From NCBI GenBank assembly GCA_029077775.1, contig JAQNCU010000001.1, forward strand, positions 1 to 39,193: a stretch of 39,193 nt of DNA, read 5' to 3'. Within the stretch, counting starts at the first letter, position 1. Each line of letters starts with the position of its first letter. The notes below the pieces were generated by a model. The model was not told the DNA's origin and did no database searches. It saw nothing but the letters and a program-made list of their open reading frames with translations. The DNA is from Acidocella sp. (GTDB lineage Bacteria > Pseudomonadota > Alphaproteobacteria > Acetobacterales > Acetobacteraceae). Position numbers and translations under genes: made by a program. Positions 1-12,745 of the stretch are shown here, piece after piece.

Positions 1-142
1 CGGCGCAAAAAACTTTTGCTATGCCGGTGCCGGGCTTCTGGAACCCCAATGGCCCAGATTAATAATGTTTTTTTGCTTCTTTTTGTTCACAAAAAGAAGC
101 GCTTGCTGCCCGCAAAGAGTCATTCTTTAGGCCAGCTGGTAT
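1..142. repeat. Intergenic palindromic AT-rich repeat (MITE/REP-like), copy 1, truncated by the window edge
   Basis: Its reverse complement aligns without gaps to 6413-6554, with 9 mismatches in 142 nt by manual count. Contains the internal palindrome GCTTCTTTTTGTTCACAAAAAGAAGC. Confidence 0.92.
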
Positions 143-249
143 AACGCCTGGTTGCTCATGCCATGGACGGCACAGGCCATAGGCCAGACCGCCCTGTCGT
201 AACCCGGGGCCTGGCGGACGGCCCCGGCGTTACGCATTCCAACCGCCGG

Positions 250-2211
250 TCAGGCCGCTTTGCGCTGGTCCAGCCTGTTGGCCCTGGCTTGCAGTTCCGC
301 CCGCAGCGCGGTCAGCGCCGCACCTTCGCGGATCATCGGCGCGCAGAAATCGGCGTCCGCCGCCGGGCGGAAATCCGCATGCAGAACCATGACATCGGAC
401 ACGCTCTCGAACATGTTGCGGCTGCCGGTGTTCAGATAGCTCTCTGCGGGCAAACCCTCGGCCAGCATCACGTCATGCGCATCCAGCTCGATATGATGAT
501 AGGTCACATGGGTCGTGGCGGTTTCCTGGATGATCGACACGCCATTCACCAGGCTCACCGCCTCGAACAAGCATCCATTCACGTACACGGCATGGTGCGG
601 AGAGACCCGCAGGTCACGCTCTGGCAGCCCATCCTCAAAGGCCCCGGCGCGGATGCAAACCGGGCGGATAATCGCCGGGTCCGGATGGCGGGAGATGTCG
701 ATGCTGCGTTTGCCGGTCCAAACAATCTCGCGCATCGCGGGGCCGCCCTCACGCACCGTGATCACGCTCATGCCCACCGCGAGGTCTTCCACCTTCATCT
801 CGCCTTCGCTGGTGAGAATATGCGTGCCCGCCGCGTAGCAGGGAATGGTGACAATCACCCCGTTTGCCCCGGCCGTTGTGGTCTTTGAATAAGAGGTCAG
901 CCCGCCGCTGGCGGTGCTGAGTTTGGTTGCGAATGTTGAATGCTTCGTCGTATCGACAACCGTCAACGTGCCATTGGCCAAGGTTTCGGTGATCGTATCC
1001 CCGGTGGCGAAACTGATGTTCGTGCCGCCTACGACCAGCGTGTCGCCTGCCCCAAAATTGGTAATGGCCACATGTGCGTCGCTCCCCGCCAGATCGGTCA
1101 CGCTGTTGGCGTTAAGGCCCCCGGCATTGAGGGAGAGTGTGCCCTGCGTGCCACCCAATGTGACCGTCCCGTCGTTGACGACGGTACCGATGGACTTAAC
1201 GGAGCCTGTCACATCCCAGTTCGCGCCAGATGTCACGCTCAACGAACTGAACCCGAGATAACTTCCGGGGTTCGAGAGTGTACCCGTGCTGCCCGCAGTA
1301 ATTTGCGAGAGTTCGAGTGTGCTGCCGGACCCAAAAGTTGCGAAGCCGCCACCGAGCGACTGCCCGGGGTCGAGAATGAGCGTGCCCTTATCGTTAGCGT
1401 AGATAGCTTCCGTCCCAGCCTGACCGAACTGGTTCGTACCAATCCCCCCGATCGTTCCGGCATTGGTAATCGTTAGATTGCCAGTGGACGTTGCCGTACT
1501 AACACCATCATATTCAATGACGGCATGTTGGATGTAACCGTCATTGACGATGTTGATAGTACCGACGACGGTAGTGCTGCCGTTGCCATGACGTGACATC
1601 GCGAAAGATGATTGGCCAGGAGTGTTAAGCAGGACACCATTGAGCCCGTTGGTGAATGTTTCGGAGTTGTTGATATCCGAGGATAAAGTTACGTCGCCCC
1701 CAAGCGCATTGCCTGGGTTCAAATTTTTGATGGTACCATTGTTAATAATGGTTGCCTGCACACCATACCGTACAGTAATCCCGTCGATGGGAACGTTAGT
1801 CGTTGCGCTGGCAGCCGTGCTGCCAGCGATAATCGTGCCGGAATTCTCTATGAAGGCCGTCGCGGCGGAACTGGAGGTCGTGGTGCCGCTCGAGACGTTT
1901 TGGTTTGATATTTCGATACCGTATTTCCCGGCCGTGATCGTACCGGAATTTAGAACATACGCGCCCGTCGCCGCCGTGCCGGAATAGGTGGGGCTGGCGA
2001 GCATCTCAATCCCGATACCCGTGACAGTCCCGTTCGCCGTGATCAAACCATTATTGATTATGTTCGGCGCGAAGCTGGATGTACCTGTCCCCACCACGCC
2101 GATCGTGTTGCTGACCGTAATCGTGTTGCCAGACGCCAGCGTGTAATAATTCGGCGGCGCATCGTTGGTGGTGGTCAGCGTCTTGGTGCTGGTAATGGTC
2201 GTTCCGGTCAT
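250..2211 (-). CDS. Hint (bacterial intein-like, Hint_2-type) domain protein with N-terminal T/G/N/S-rich beta-helical passenger-like region
   Basis: 653-aa ORF with repeated 'I.N.GTI.A' motifs. Hint motifs: IPCYAAGTHILT (Cys codon 838-840), DLRVSPHHAVY, and YHHIELDAHDVMLAEGLPAESYL. GAGG lies upstream of the ATG. Confidence 0.9.
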   Translation of the reverse strand: MTGTTITSTKTLTTTNDAPPNYYTLASGNTITVSNTIGVVGTGTSSFAPNIINNGLITANGTVTGIGIEMLASPTYSGTAATGAYVLNSGTITAGKYGIEISNQNVSSGTTTSSSAATAFIENSGTIIAGSTAASATTNVPIDGITVRYGVQATIINNGTIKNLNPGNALGGDVTLSSDINNSETFTNGLNGVLLNTPGQSSFAMSRHGNGSTTVVGTINIVNDGYIQHAVIEYDGVSTATSTGNLTITNAGTIGGIGTNQFGQAGTEAIYANDKGTLILDPGQSLGGGFATFGSGSTLELSQITAGSTGTLSNPGSYLGFSSLSVTSGANWDVTGSVKSIGTVVNDGTVTLGGTQGTLSLNAGGLNANSVTDLAGSDAHVAITNFGAGDTLVVGGTNISFATGDTITETLANGTLTVVDTTKHSTFATKLSTASGGLTSYSKTTTAGANGVIVTIPCYAAGTHILTSEGEMKVEDLAVGMSVITVREGGPAMREIVWTGKRSIDISRHPDPAIIRPVCIRAGAFEDGLPERDLRVSPHHAVYVNGCLFEAVSLVNGVSIIQETATTHVTYHHIELDAHDVMLAEGLPAESYLNTGSRNMFESVSDVMVLHADFRPAADADFCAPMIREGAALTALRAELQARANRLDQRKAA

Positions 2212-2597
2212 GAGAGCCTCAATGTTTTAAGGTCGAAATGACCTATTTAGCTTTCGGTTACCACAATCTTCCGTTGCGATAAAGATATAAAGTACAGCGT
2301 GCATCACATTTTCATGAGGTATTTGGGCCGTGGCGACGGTTTGTCGGTTTTTCCACCCCCCAATTCAGCGGCGCCATTTGTTCGGCACCCCGGAGGCATT
2401 TATGGGGATCACGCCATCCGCGCCCACGGCCCGTTGCCCGCGCCACCCGGATATTTGTAAACACGCCATGTTCATGCTACCATCTTACCTGAAAGTAGGA
2501 TAATTTTCTTCATGATTCCAATGGCTTATCGTTTTGCCCACGACTCATCGTGCCGGGTGCCGTCTGCTAAACCGGCATTGGCGCAGACCAGCCCTGC

Positions 2598-6412
<3,815 letters not shown>

Positions 6413-6413
<1 letters not shown>

Positions 6414-6584
6414 TATCAGCTGGCCTGAAGAATGACTCTCGGCGGGCAGCAAGCGCTTCTTTTTGTGAACAAAAAAAAGCAAAAAAACATTATTAATCTG
6501 GTCCATTGGGGTTCCAGAAGCCCGGCACCGGCGTAACAGAAGTTTTTTGCGCCGCTTTTTTTCAAAAAAGCGGCTGCTTCCTTG
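6413..6584. repeat. Intergenic palindromic AT-rich repeat, copy 2 (inverted relative to copy 1)
   Basis: Matches copy 1. Has two terminal palindromes, GCTTCTTTTTGTGAACAAAAAAAAGC and GCCGCTTTTTTTCAAAAAAGCGGC; may also act as a terminator. Confidence 0.92.
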
Positions 6585-6587
6585 GAT

Positions 6588-6616
6588 GTGTCACTGTCTT
6601 CGCGGATTGGTATAAC
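6588..6616 (+). promoter_or_regulatory. Putative sigma70 promoter for tRNA-Lys
   Basis: GTGTCA-N17-TATAAC followed by a GC-rich discriminator-like run, about 60 nt upstream of the tRNA. Confidence 0.45.
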
Positions 6617-6676
6617 ACGCCGCCGCGCTCTCTTGACGAACCGGGGGTAAATCTGGTTCACACCGCAGCAACGTGA

Positions 6677-6751
6677 GAGCCTGTAGCTCAGTGGTAGAGC
6701 ATTCGACTTTTAATCGAATGGCCGTGGGTTCGACCCCCACCGGGCTCACCA
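6677..6751 (+). tRNA. tRNA-Lys(UUU)
   Basis: Acceptor stem GAGCCTG/CGGGCTC, D arm GCTC-AGTGGTA-GAGC, anticodon arm TTCGA-CTTTTAA-TCGAA, T arm GTGGG-TTCGACC-CCCAC, and an encoded CCA. Confidence 0.98.
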
Positions 6752-6756
6752 TTTTT

Positions 6757-9444
6757 TTAAGATACAGCCTCTTTTTGCCCCTCAACCGGCACTTGCGCGA
6801 TCACGGCGGCGGCCAGCAAGGCGCGCACCTGGTCTGATTCGTGGGCCGCCCTGCGAATGTTGAGGTTGGGTTCATCGATCGTCGCCATCAGGGTCTCATA
6901 GGCCCGGCCGAGCGCGGTTTTGCCCAGTCCGTTCCTAGTGATGAAGCGGGTGAGCGACAACCTGCTGCCACGGCGTAACTGGCCGACCAGCGAGGCTTCC
7001 AGCGGCAAAAACAGAAAAACCCGGACCCACAAAACATGGAGCGCATAAGCGCCAAGCATGGTCCGTGGCGTGCCAGGGGGCGGAATGACGTTACCCCCCT
7101 TAAGCCATGCTTCAAGTTTGGGCTGCGGCATCGGCCTCGCGATCCCGAAGCCCTGGGCGATCGGCGCCCGCAATATCTGCAGCGCATCAAGCATATCGGG
7201 CGTTTCGACACCTTCAACACACAGGCTGAGGCCGAGCGACCCGGCCATTGTGATATACCCGGCCAGAAATACCAGATCATTGGGCATCCGCATGACATCG
7301 GCCAAAAACCGCCGGTCGACCTTGATATGGCTGATCGGCAGGGTTTGAACGCGTTTCAGGGTCGAGAATTCGATCCCGAGATCGTCGAGCGCCACTGAAA
7401 CACCAATGTCGCGCAGGGCATTCATGCGTGCCACCGCAATTTCCGTATTCGGAAATTCATGGCTTTCCAGAAGCTCAACCACCAGCCTTTCCGGCGCAAT
7501 GCCTGATCCGGCAAGGGCCTCGCTGATCATCCCCGGCACCGCCCCGCGCGCCAGCACTTCCGCATCGACATTTATTGTCAGCCCAATTCCCGGTGACAAT
7601 TGGGTTATCGCACGCAAACAAATAATGCCTCGCCGCAACACGCTGGCCAGCAACGCCTCACGCTCCGTGGCGGTGAAATCCGGCAGAAACGCCCCCGGTG
7701 GGATCAACTGGTCGCCATCACGCAGGCGCACCAGTGCCTCGACCGCGATCACCCGGCGGCTACCAAGCGAGATCAAAGGCTGGAAATGGACCTCAACCTC
7801 GTCGCGGCCGAGCAGATCACGATGATGCGTCTGGGTGGGCGATACGCCGGTCATCGCTTGATAGACCGCCCAATTATGCGGTCTCGATGTTTTTGTCGCC
7901 TTGGCGCGATACAATGCCATATCCGCATGACGGATCATGGTATCAGCGCTTGTCGGGTCGGCGGGGAATAATGTGAAGCCAAGGCTGGCCGACATCACGA
8001 TGTCGTGGCCATTACCCAGCGCGATCGGCTGCCGGATCACCTCATCCAGGCGGGCACAAAAACCGGAGACCTGGGCGGGGGATTCCATGGCCTCGATAAT
8101 CAGGGCGAATTCATCACCACCCAGCCGGGCCACGAAATCAACCTCGCGCAGCGTGGCACGGATGCGCGCGGCCAGAACCCGCAACACCAGATCGCCGGTC
8201 GGGTGGCCAAAGCGATCATTCACCGGCTTGAAATTATCGAGATCGAGGATTCCGATGCCGATGGCCAGGTTATGGCGGGCGGCATGGGCGAGGGAAACGG
8301 GCAGCATCTCCTCAAAAGCCAGCCGGTTCGGCAACTCGGTGAGCTTGTCGTGCCGGGCCATCCGGCTTTGGGTTTCACGCTCGGCGCGTAAAGCGGTTTT
8401 TAGGTCGATCTCATCCAGCGCCCGGCCAATATTACTTGCCAACTGGCTGATAAGCCGCTGGGTTTCGGCGTCGATCACACTCGAATCGCCGGAGACGAGG
8501 AAAAGCACGGCGAATATTGTACCCGCGCGGCGGATGGGGGCGGCGGCGGCGGCTTTCCAGTCCGACCACGCGGCGATCTGGCGCGATGGCAAGGGCCTGT
8601 GCTGTACACCGTAATGCTCGGCGGTGATCATCCGGCCTTCCTGCCAGGCTTGCGTGCCCAACATTTTGGCGGGCCCGGTCGTGTCCAGCGGCTGGCGCAG
8701 CTTGCGAATGCTGGCGGCATCGCGCCCGGCGGCGATCGTGTAACAAAAGAACCCGTCATCATCGCCCCACCCGATGGCGGCCGAGATGAACAATCCAGTC
8801 TCGCTCAGCCGCTTGCAGATGGTGCGCAGCATCTTCGTCTCGTTGGCCGCATCGAGCAGGACCTCGAACCCGACGAACAATGTTTCGAGCAGTCGTTTGG
8901 TGCGCTGCAGCGCCTCTTCATTGAGCCGGGTTTCAATCGCGGTGCCCATCACCACACCGAAATCGGTCAGGAATTTGATCGGCCAATGCGTTTCAAAATA
9001 ATCCGGTGTTCGTGAATAAAGTGTGAGCACCCGGTGAACCCCGCCACCGCCGACCAGCGGAATGGCGGCGGAGACCCGAAAACCCAACCGTTGCCAATCC
9101 TCCCGCCACGGGGTGAGTGACTCATCGTCACCAATATCCGATGAGATCTGAGCACTGCCCGAGCGCCAGGCGCGACCAGCGGGCGAGTGCGAGCGTGGGC
9201 CAGACTGCACATTGACCAGGGCCGCAGGGTCGTGAATTGCCGCGAGGTCCGGGGCGATGAAAACCTCGGGGCAGAGCTGCCCGTCTCTATCCGGCCGGCC
9301 GATCCAGGCGGCGTCGATCCCGTCTATCATCATCAGCTTGTCCAGTAACCCGGACATAAAAAATGCGGGCGTGGATGGCGTCACCATAAGCTGGTCGATC
9401 CCCGGAAGTGACCGCCAGGGGCTCAGATCCAAGGTATCAGGCAT
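6757..9444 (-). CDS. GAF-GAF-GGDEF-EAL diguanylate cyclase/phosphodiesterase
   Basis: Motifs HDKLTELPNR, DLDNFKPVND, ARLGGDEF, VEALVRL, ELLES, DDLGIEFS, IKVDR and EGVE, preceded by two GAF-like regions. Start is ATG 9444 or TTG 9495. Confidence 0.92.
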   Translation of the reverse strand: MPDTLDLSPWRSLPGIDQLMVTPSTPAFFMSGLLDKLMMIDGIDAAWIGRPDRDGQLCPEVFIAPDLAAIHDPAALVNVQSGPRSHSPAGRAWRSGSAQISSDIGDDESLTPWREDWQRLGFRVSAAIPLVGGGGVHRVLTLYSRTPDYFETHWPIKFLTDFGVVMGTAIETRLNEEALQRTKRLLETLFVGFEVLLDAANETKMLRTICKRLSETGLFISAAIGWGDDDGFFCYTIAAGRDAASIRKLRQPLDTTGPAKMLGTQAWQEGRMITAEHYGVQHRPLPSRQIAAWSDWKAAAAAPIRRAGTIFAVLFLVSGDSSVIDAETQRLISQLASNIGRALDEIDLKTALRAERETQSRMARHDKLTELPNRLAFEEMLPVSLAHAARHNLAIGIGILDLDNFKPVNDRFGHPTGDLVLRVLAARIRATLREVDFVARLGGDEFALIIEAMESPAQVSGFCARLDEVIRQPIALGNGHDIVMSASLGFTLFPADPTSADTMIRHADMALYRAKATKTSRPHNWAVYQAMTGVSPTQTHHRDLLGRDEVEVHFQPLISLGSRRVIAVEALVRLRDGDQLIPPGAFLPDFTATEREALLASVLRRGIICLRAITQLSPGIGLTINVDAEVLARGAVPGMISEALAGSGIAPERLVVELLESHEFPNTEIAVARMNALRDIGVSVALDDLGIEFSTLKRVQTLPISHIKVDRRFLADVMRMPNDLVFLAGYITMAGSLGLSLCVEGVETPDMLDALQILRAPIAQGFGIARPMPQPKLEAWLKGGNVIPPPGTPRTMLGAYALHVLWVRVFLFLPLEASLVGQLRRGSRLSLTRFITRNGLGKTALGRAYETLMATIDEPNLNIRRAAHESDQVRALLAAAVIAQVPVEGQKEAVS

Positions 9445-10148
9445 TCTGGCCTGAGATCCGAAGGCGGCTCCCCGCCGCCATAGCCGTGAACGCAATACGC
9501 CATTTTTTTGATTTCTTTGCGCGCCTCACGCCAACCTGAACAATCTTCAAACAGAATGTTATCATAAATCGTCACCACACTGATAGAAACAAATGACTAT
9601 TAATTAACGTCAGCGCAAATTTATAAATATTTGGAAAAAATTTTAAGCCTTTGTTCACCGACGTATGACCAAATTCAGGTAGGTCTTGGCGGCATTCGCG
9701 GTCAACGGCCCTGAACAGATGAACGAGGAAAAAAAATGCTAAACCGTATGAAGGGACCCTTCCCCGCACCCACAAAACAGCTACCACCGCCGCCCTGAGG
9801 GCCTCCCGGGCTTGCGCGGCGCCAAACGGTCAGCACGCAAATCTGAATGCTCAGGGGTTACGGGATTCTCAAAAATTCGTTACCTCGGAGTTATATACCT
9901 GCCAAACCGGCACTTTATTCTAGTACTTTATAACCATCGTATGCTAACAATTATGGCTGGAATTTAACGCGCGGCCCCTGAAGCTGGTCGTTCTTAATGC
10001 CTATCTCAGTCTCAGACAGCCAACAAGCTGTTAAAATCCAAAGGGCGGATCGGCTTCCTATGCTGCAAGGTCTGCGGCGTGTTTATTGGTTTGGTTACCA
10101 AAGCCACCGCGCGGTGCGCAATGGCATTGGCGGCTGCGGGAGGCGGAT

Positions 10149-11540
10149 GTGACGGCACGGATATTGGTGGTCGATGATATCGCGGCGAATGCGCGCCTGC
10201 TGGAAGCGCGGCTTTCGACCGAGTATTACGAGGTGAAAACCGTCCATGACAGCCGAAATGTCATCGCCATCGCACGCAACTGGCAGCCCGATGCCGTGTT
10301 GCTGGATGTGATGATGCCCGAAATCGACGGTTACGAGGTTTGTCGCCGGCTGAAGGCGGAGGCCGCCACGGCGCATATCCCCGTGATCATGGTCACCGCC
10401 CTGCGCGAACCGCCAGACCGCCGCCAGGGGTTGTTCAGCGGCGCGGATGAATTTCTCTCAAAACCTGTTGAGCATGAAATCCTGCTGGCCCGCCTGCGCG
10501 GTGTCATCCGCATGAAGCGAGTGATGGATGAATGGCGCGCCCGTGACGCAGCCACGGCTGCACTCGGGCTACGCGCCAGCCAGTCGCTCGACGAACATCC
10601 CGCGCCCGCCATAACCCTGATCGTTGATGACCTGCTCATCCGCGCCCACCGGTTGCAAGACGTGCTCGCCCGCCAGGACATTAAATCCATCCTCGTTCAG
10701 CACGAGGCCGAAGCGATGGCCGCATTGGAGGGGCAGGATTTCGACCTGATCACCGTCAGCCTGTCTCTGACGTTGAGCGACCCGCTGCGGCTGGTGGCAA
10801 AATTCCAGTCCAACGCCAGCACCCGCGAGACGCCCTTATTGCTCATCGCCGAGCATGACCAGCGTGACCTTGTCATCGGCGGCCTCAACCTGGGGGCGAC
10901 TGATTGCGTGATGCTGCCGCTCGATGAAAGCGAGTTCCTTTTGCGCTCGCATGGCCATATACGGCGCAAAAAATACCAGGACAGCCTGCGCAATGATGTC
11001 AGCAACGCCCTGTCGCTCGCGGTGATCGACCCGCTCACCCAATTATTCAACCGCCGGTATTTGACCAGCTATCTGGACAGGCTCTGCGCGGAAATCCCCA
11101 GCCGGAATTTTGCCATGCTGGTTATCGACATCGACCATTTTAAGATGATCAATGACCGGCTGGGCCATCCGGTGGGCGACCGCGTGCTTTGCAGCGTGGC
11201 CGAAATATTAAGGGCAAATCTGCGCAAATCAGACCTCATCTCGCGTTATGGCGGCGAGGAGTTCGTGGCCGTCATCGGCGCCATGGCAGATGATGAACGC
11301 GCATTGAAGGTGGCGGAAAAACTGCGTCAGGCGATTGAGGATATGACCTTCATGGCCGATATCCGCATCACCACGAGCATTGGCGTCTCGGTTTATGACG
11401 GTGGCATCTCGGCTGCCGCGCTGATCGAGCAGGCCGACGCCGCCTTATACGACGCCAAGCGCACCGGGCGGAATAAAGTGATGCTCTACACGCCCAAATG
11501 TGGTGATGAGAACGAGCTGTGGAGCGTTGCGGGGTCATGA
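10149..11540 (+). CDS. PleD-family response regulator diguanylate cyclase (REC-REC'-GGDEF)
   Basis: TARILVVDD and phosphoacceptor LLDVMMPEIDG, degenerate second REC, I-site RKSD and active site SRYGGEEF. GTG start with GGGAGG upstream. Confidence 0.93.
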   Translation: MTARILVVDDIAANARLLEARLSTEYYEVKTVHDSRNVIAIARNWQPDAVLLDVMMPEIDGYEVCRRLKAEAATAHIPVIMVTALREPPDRRQGLFSGADEFLSKPVEHEILLARLRGVIRMKRVMDEWRARDAATAALGLRASQSLDEHPAPAITLIVDDLLIRAHRLQDVLARQDIKSILVQHEAEAMAALEGQDFDLITVSLSLTLSDPLRLVAKFQSNASTRETPLLLIAEHDQRDLVIGGLNLGATDCVMLPLDESEFLLRSHGHIRRKKYQDSLRNDVSNALSLAVIDPLTQLFNRRYLTSYLDRLCAEIPSRNFAMLVIDIDHFKMINDRLGHPVGDRVLCSVAEILRANLRKSDLISRYGGEEFVAVIGAMADDERALKVAEKLRQAIEDMTFMADIRITTSIGVSVYDGGISAAALIEQADAALYDAKRTGRNKVMLYTPKCGDENELWSVAGS

Positions 11541-12745
11541 ACGGTTCCATCCGCTCGGCCTATGCCTGCGATGTCAATGCGCTGGCGGCGGTTAAATCCT
11601 GTGCGGCGCAGATCGACATGGCAGCACCGGATCTGCTGGTCGCCTTTGTCGGTGGCAAACACATCCCCGCCGCGGCACTCGCCGCCATTCAGTCGCTTTT
11701 CGGTGACACGCCACTGGCTGGCGGCGCCGCCGCCGGGGTCATCGCCGCTTCGGGTTTTGGCTATACCGGCTTTGAAATCGGCCTGATCGCCTTCAAGGGC
11801 GCCGCCGTAACCCCCCTGGTGCTGACCAACCATAATCTGCTGGCTGGCGAAACCCAGGCGGGGCATGAACTGGGCGCCAGGGTGCGCGCCTGCACAGATG
11901 ATGGCGCGGTGGTGTTTCTGCTGTTCGACAGTGTGGCAAGCTCCCCGCCACTGCGGATGCACCCGGCCAGCCAGATCGTCGAGGGCTTCAATGCCGGCCT
12001 TAACGGCCGCACACTGCATCTGGTCGGCGGCGGCCTGCTGGTGGATATCAACCTTTCGGATGCCTGGATTTTCGCGGCCGGAGAGGTCCGCAAACACGCC
12101 GTCACCGCCTTGGTCTTTCCCGCTGGCTTGCGGGCGGACACTGTGATTTTCCATGGCTGCCGCCCGGTCAGCAGTTTTCTTGACATCACGCGGATCGAGG
12201 GTGCCGAGGTTCTGGAACTGAACAACGAGCCCGCGCTCACCGTGGTTGAGCGGATGCTGGGGCTGGAGCTTGGCACCACAAGCGGCCAGCAGCTCTCGCT
12301 GGTGGCAACTCTGGGCCAGAAACAGGGCAACCCGTTCGCCCCCTATAACGAGAATAATTACGTCAACCGGCTGATTTTGCAGGCTGACCCCCTGCGGGGC
12401 TCGCTCACCTTGTTCGAACCTGATTTCGCGGTTGGCGACCGGGTGCAGATCATGAGCCGCGATAACACGCTCATGCTCGAATCGGTCGAGCGCGGTGTCA
12501 GCGATCTCGTCCGCCGCATTGAGGGGGCCGATTGCCTGCTCGGGCTGTATGTTGATTGCGCCGGACGCGCCAGCGTGATGACCGGTGCGGAGACCGAAGA
12601 GGCGGATCTGCTGTGCCGCAATTTTAAACCCTCCTTCCCCTTCATGGGGTTTTATTCAGGCGTGGAGATCGCGCCCTTCGGCGGGCACTATAGCCGGCCA
12701 CTGGACTGGACCGGCGTTCTGACTGTTTTGCACAGCCATACATGA
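11537..12745 (+). CDS. Stand-alone FIST-domain sensor (NosP-like)
   Basis: FIST N-type (PLAGGAAAGVI, LVGGGL) and FIST C-type motifs (HGCRPV, ITRIEGAEVLELNNEPAL, DCAGR, GFYSGVEIAP). ATGA overlap with the upstream gene. Confidence 0.88.
   Translation: MNGSIRSAYACDVNALAAVKSCAAQIDMAAPDLLVAFVGGKHIPAAALAAIQSLFGDTPLAGGAAAGVIAASGFGYTGFEIGLIAFKGAAVTPLVLTNHNLLAGETQAGHELGARVRACTDDGAVVFLLFDSVASSPPLRMHPASQIVEGFNAGLNGRTLHLVGGGLLVDINLSDAWIFAAGEVRKHAVTALVFPAGLRADTVIFHGCRPVSSFLDITRIEGAEVLELNNEPALTVVERMLGLELGTTSGQQLSLVATLGQKQGNPFAPYNENNYVNRLILQADPLRGSLTLFEPDFAVGDRVQIMSRDNTLMLESVERGVSDLVRRIEGADCLLGLYVDCAGRASVMTGAETEEADLLCRNFKPSFPFMGFYSGVEIAPFGGHYSRPLDWTGVLTVLHSHT

Noticed and set aside
163-888. 241-aa + strand ORF, and other long antisense or alternate-frame ORFs such as 3587-4723, 30303-31034 and 35027-36430
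   Set aside because: Shadow frames of well-supported genes in GC-rich DNA, with no recognisable motifs.
6724-6751. Direct repeat (attR) of the tRNA-Lys 3' end
   Set aside because: No second copy found by eye in the window, and no integrase.
6416-6785. Short ORFs 6416-6661 and 6591-6785
   Set aside because: They are translations of the repeat and of the antisense strand of tRNA-Lys.
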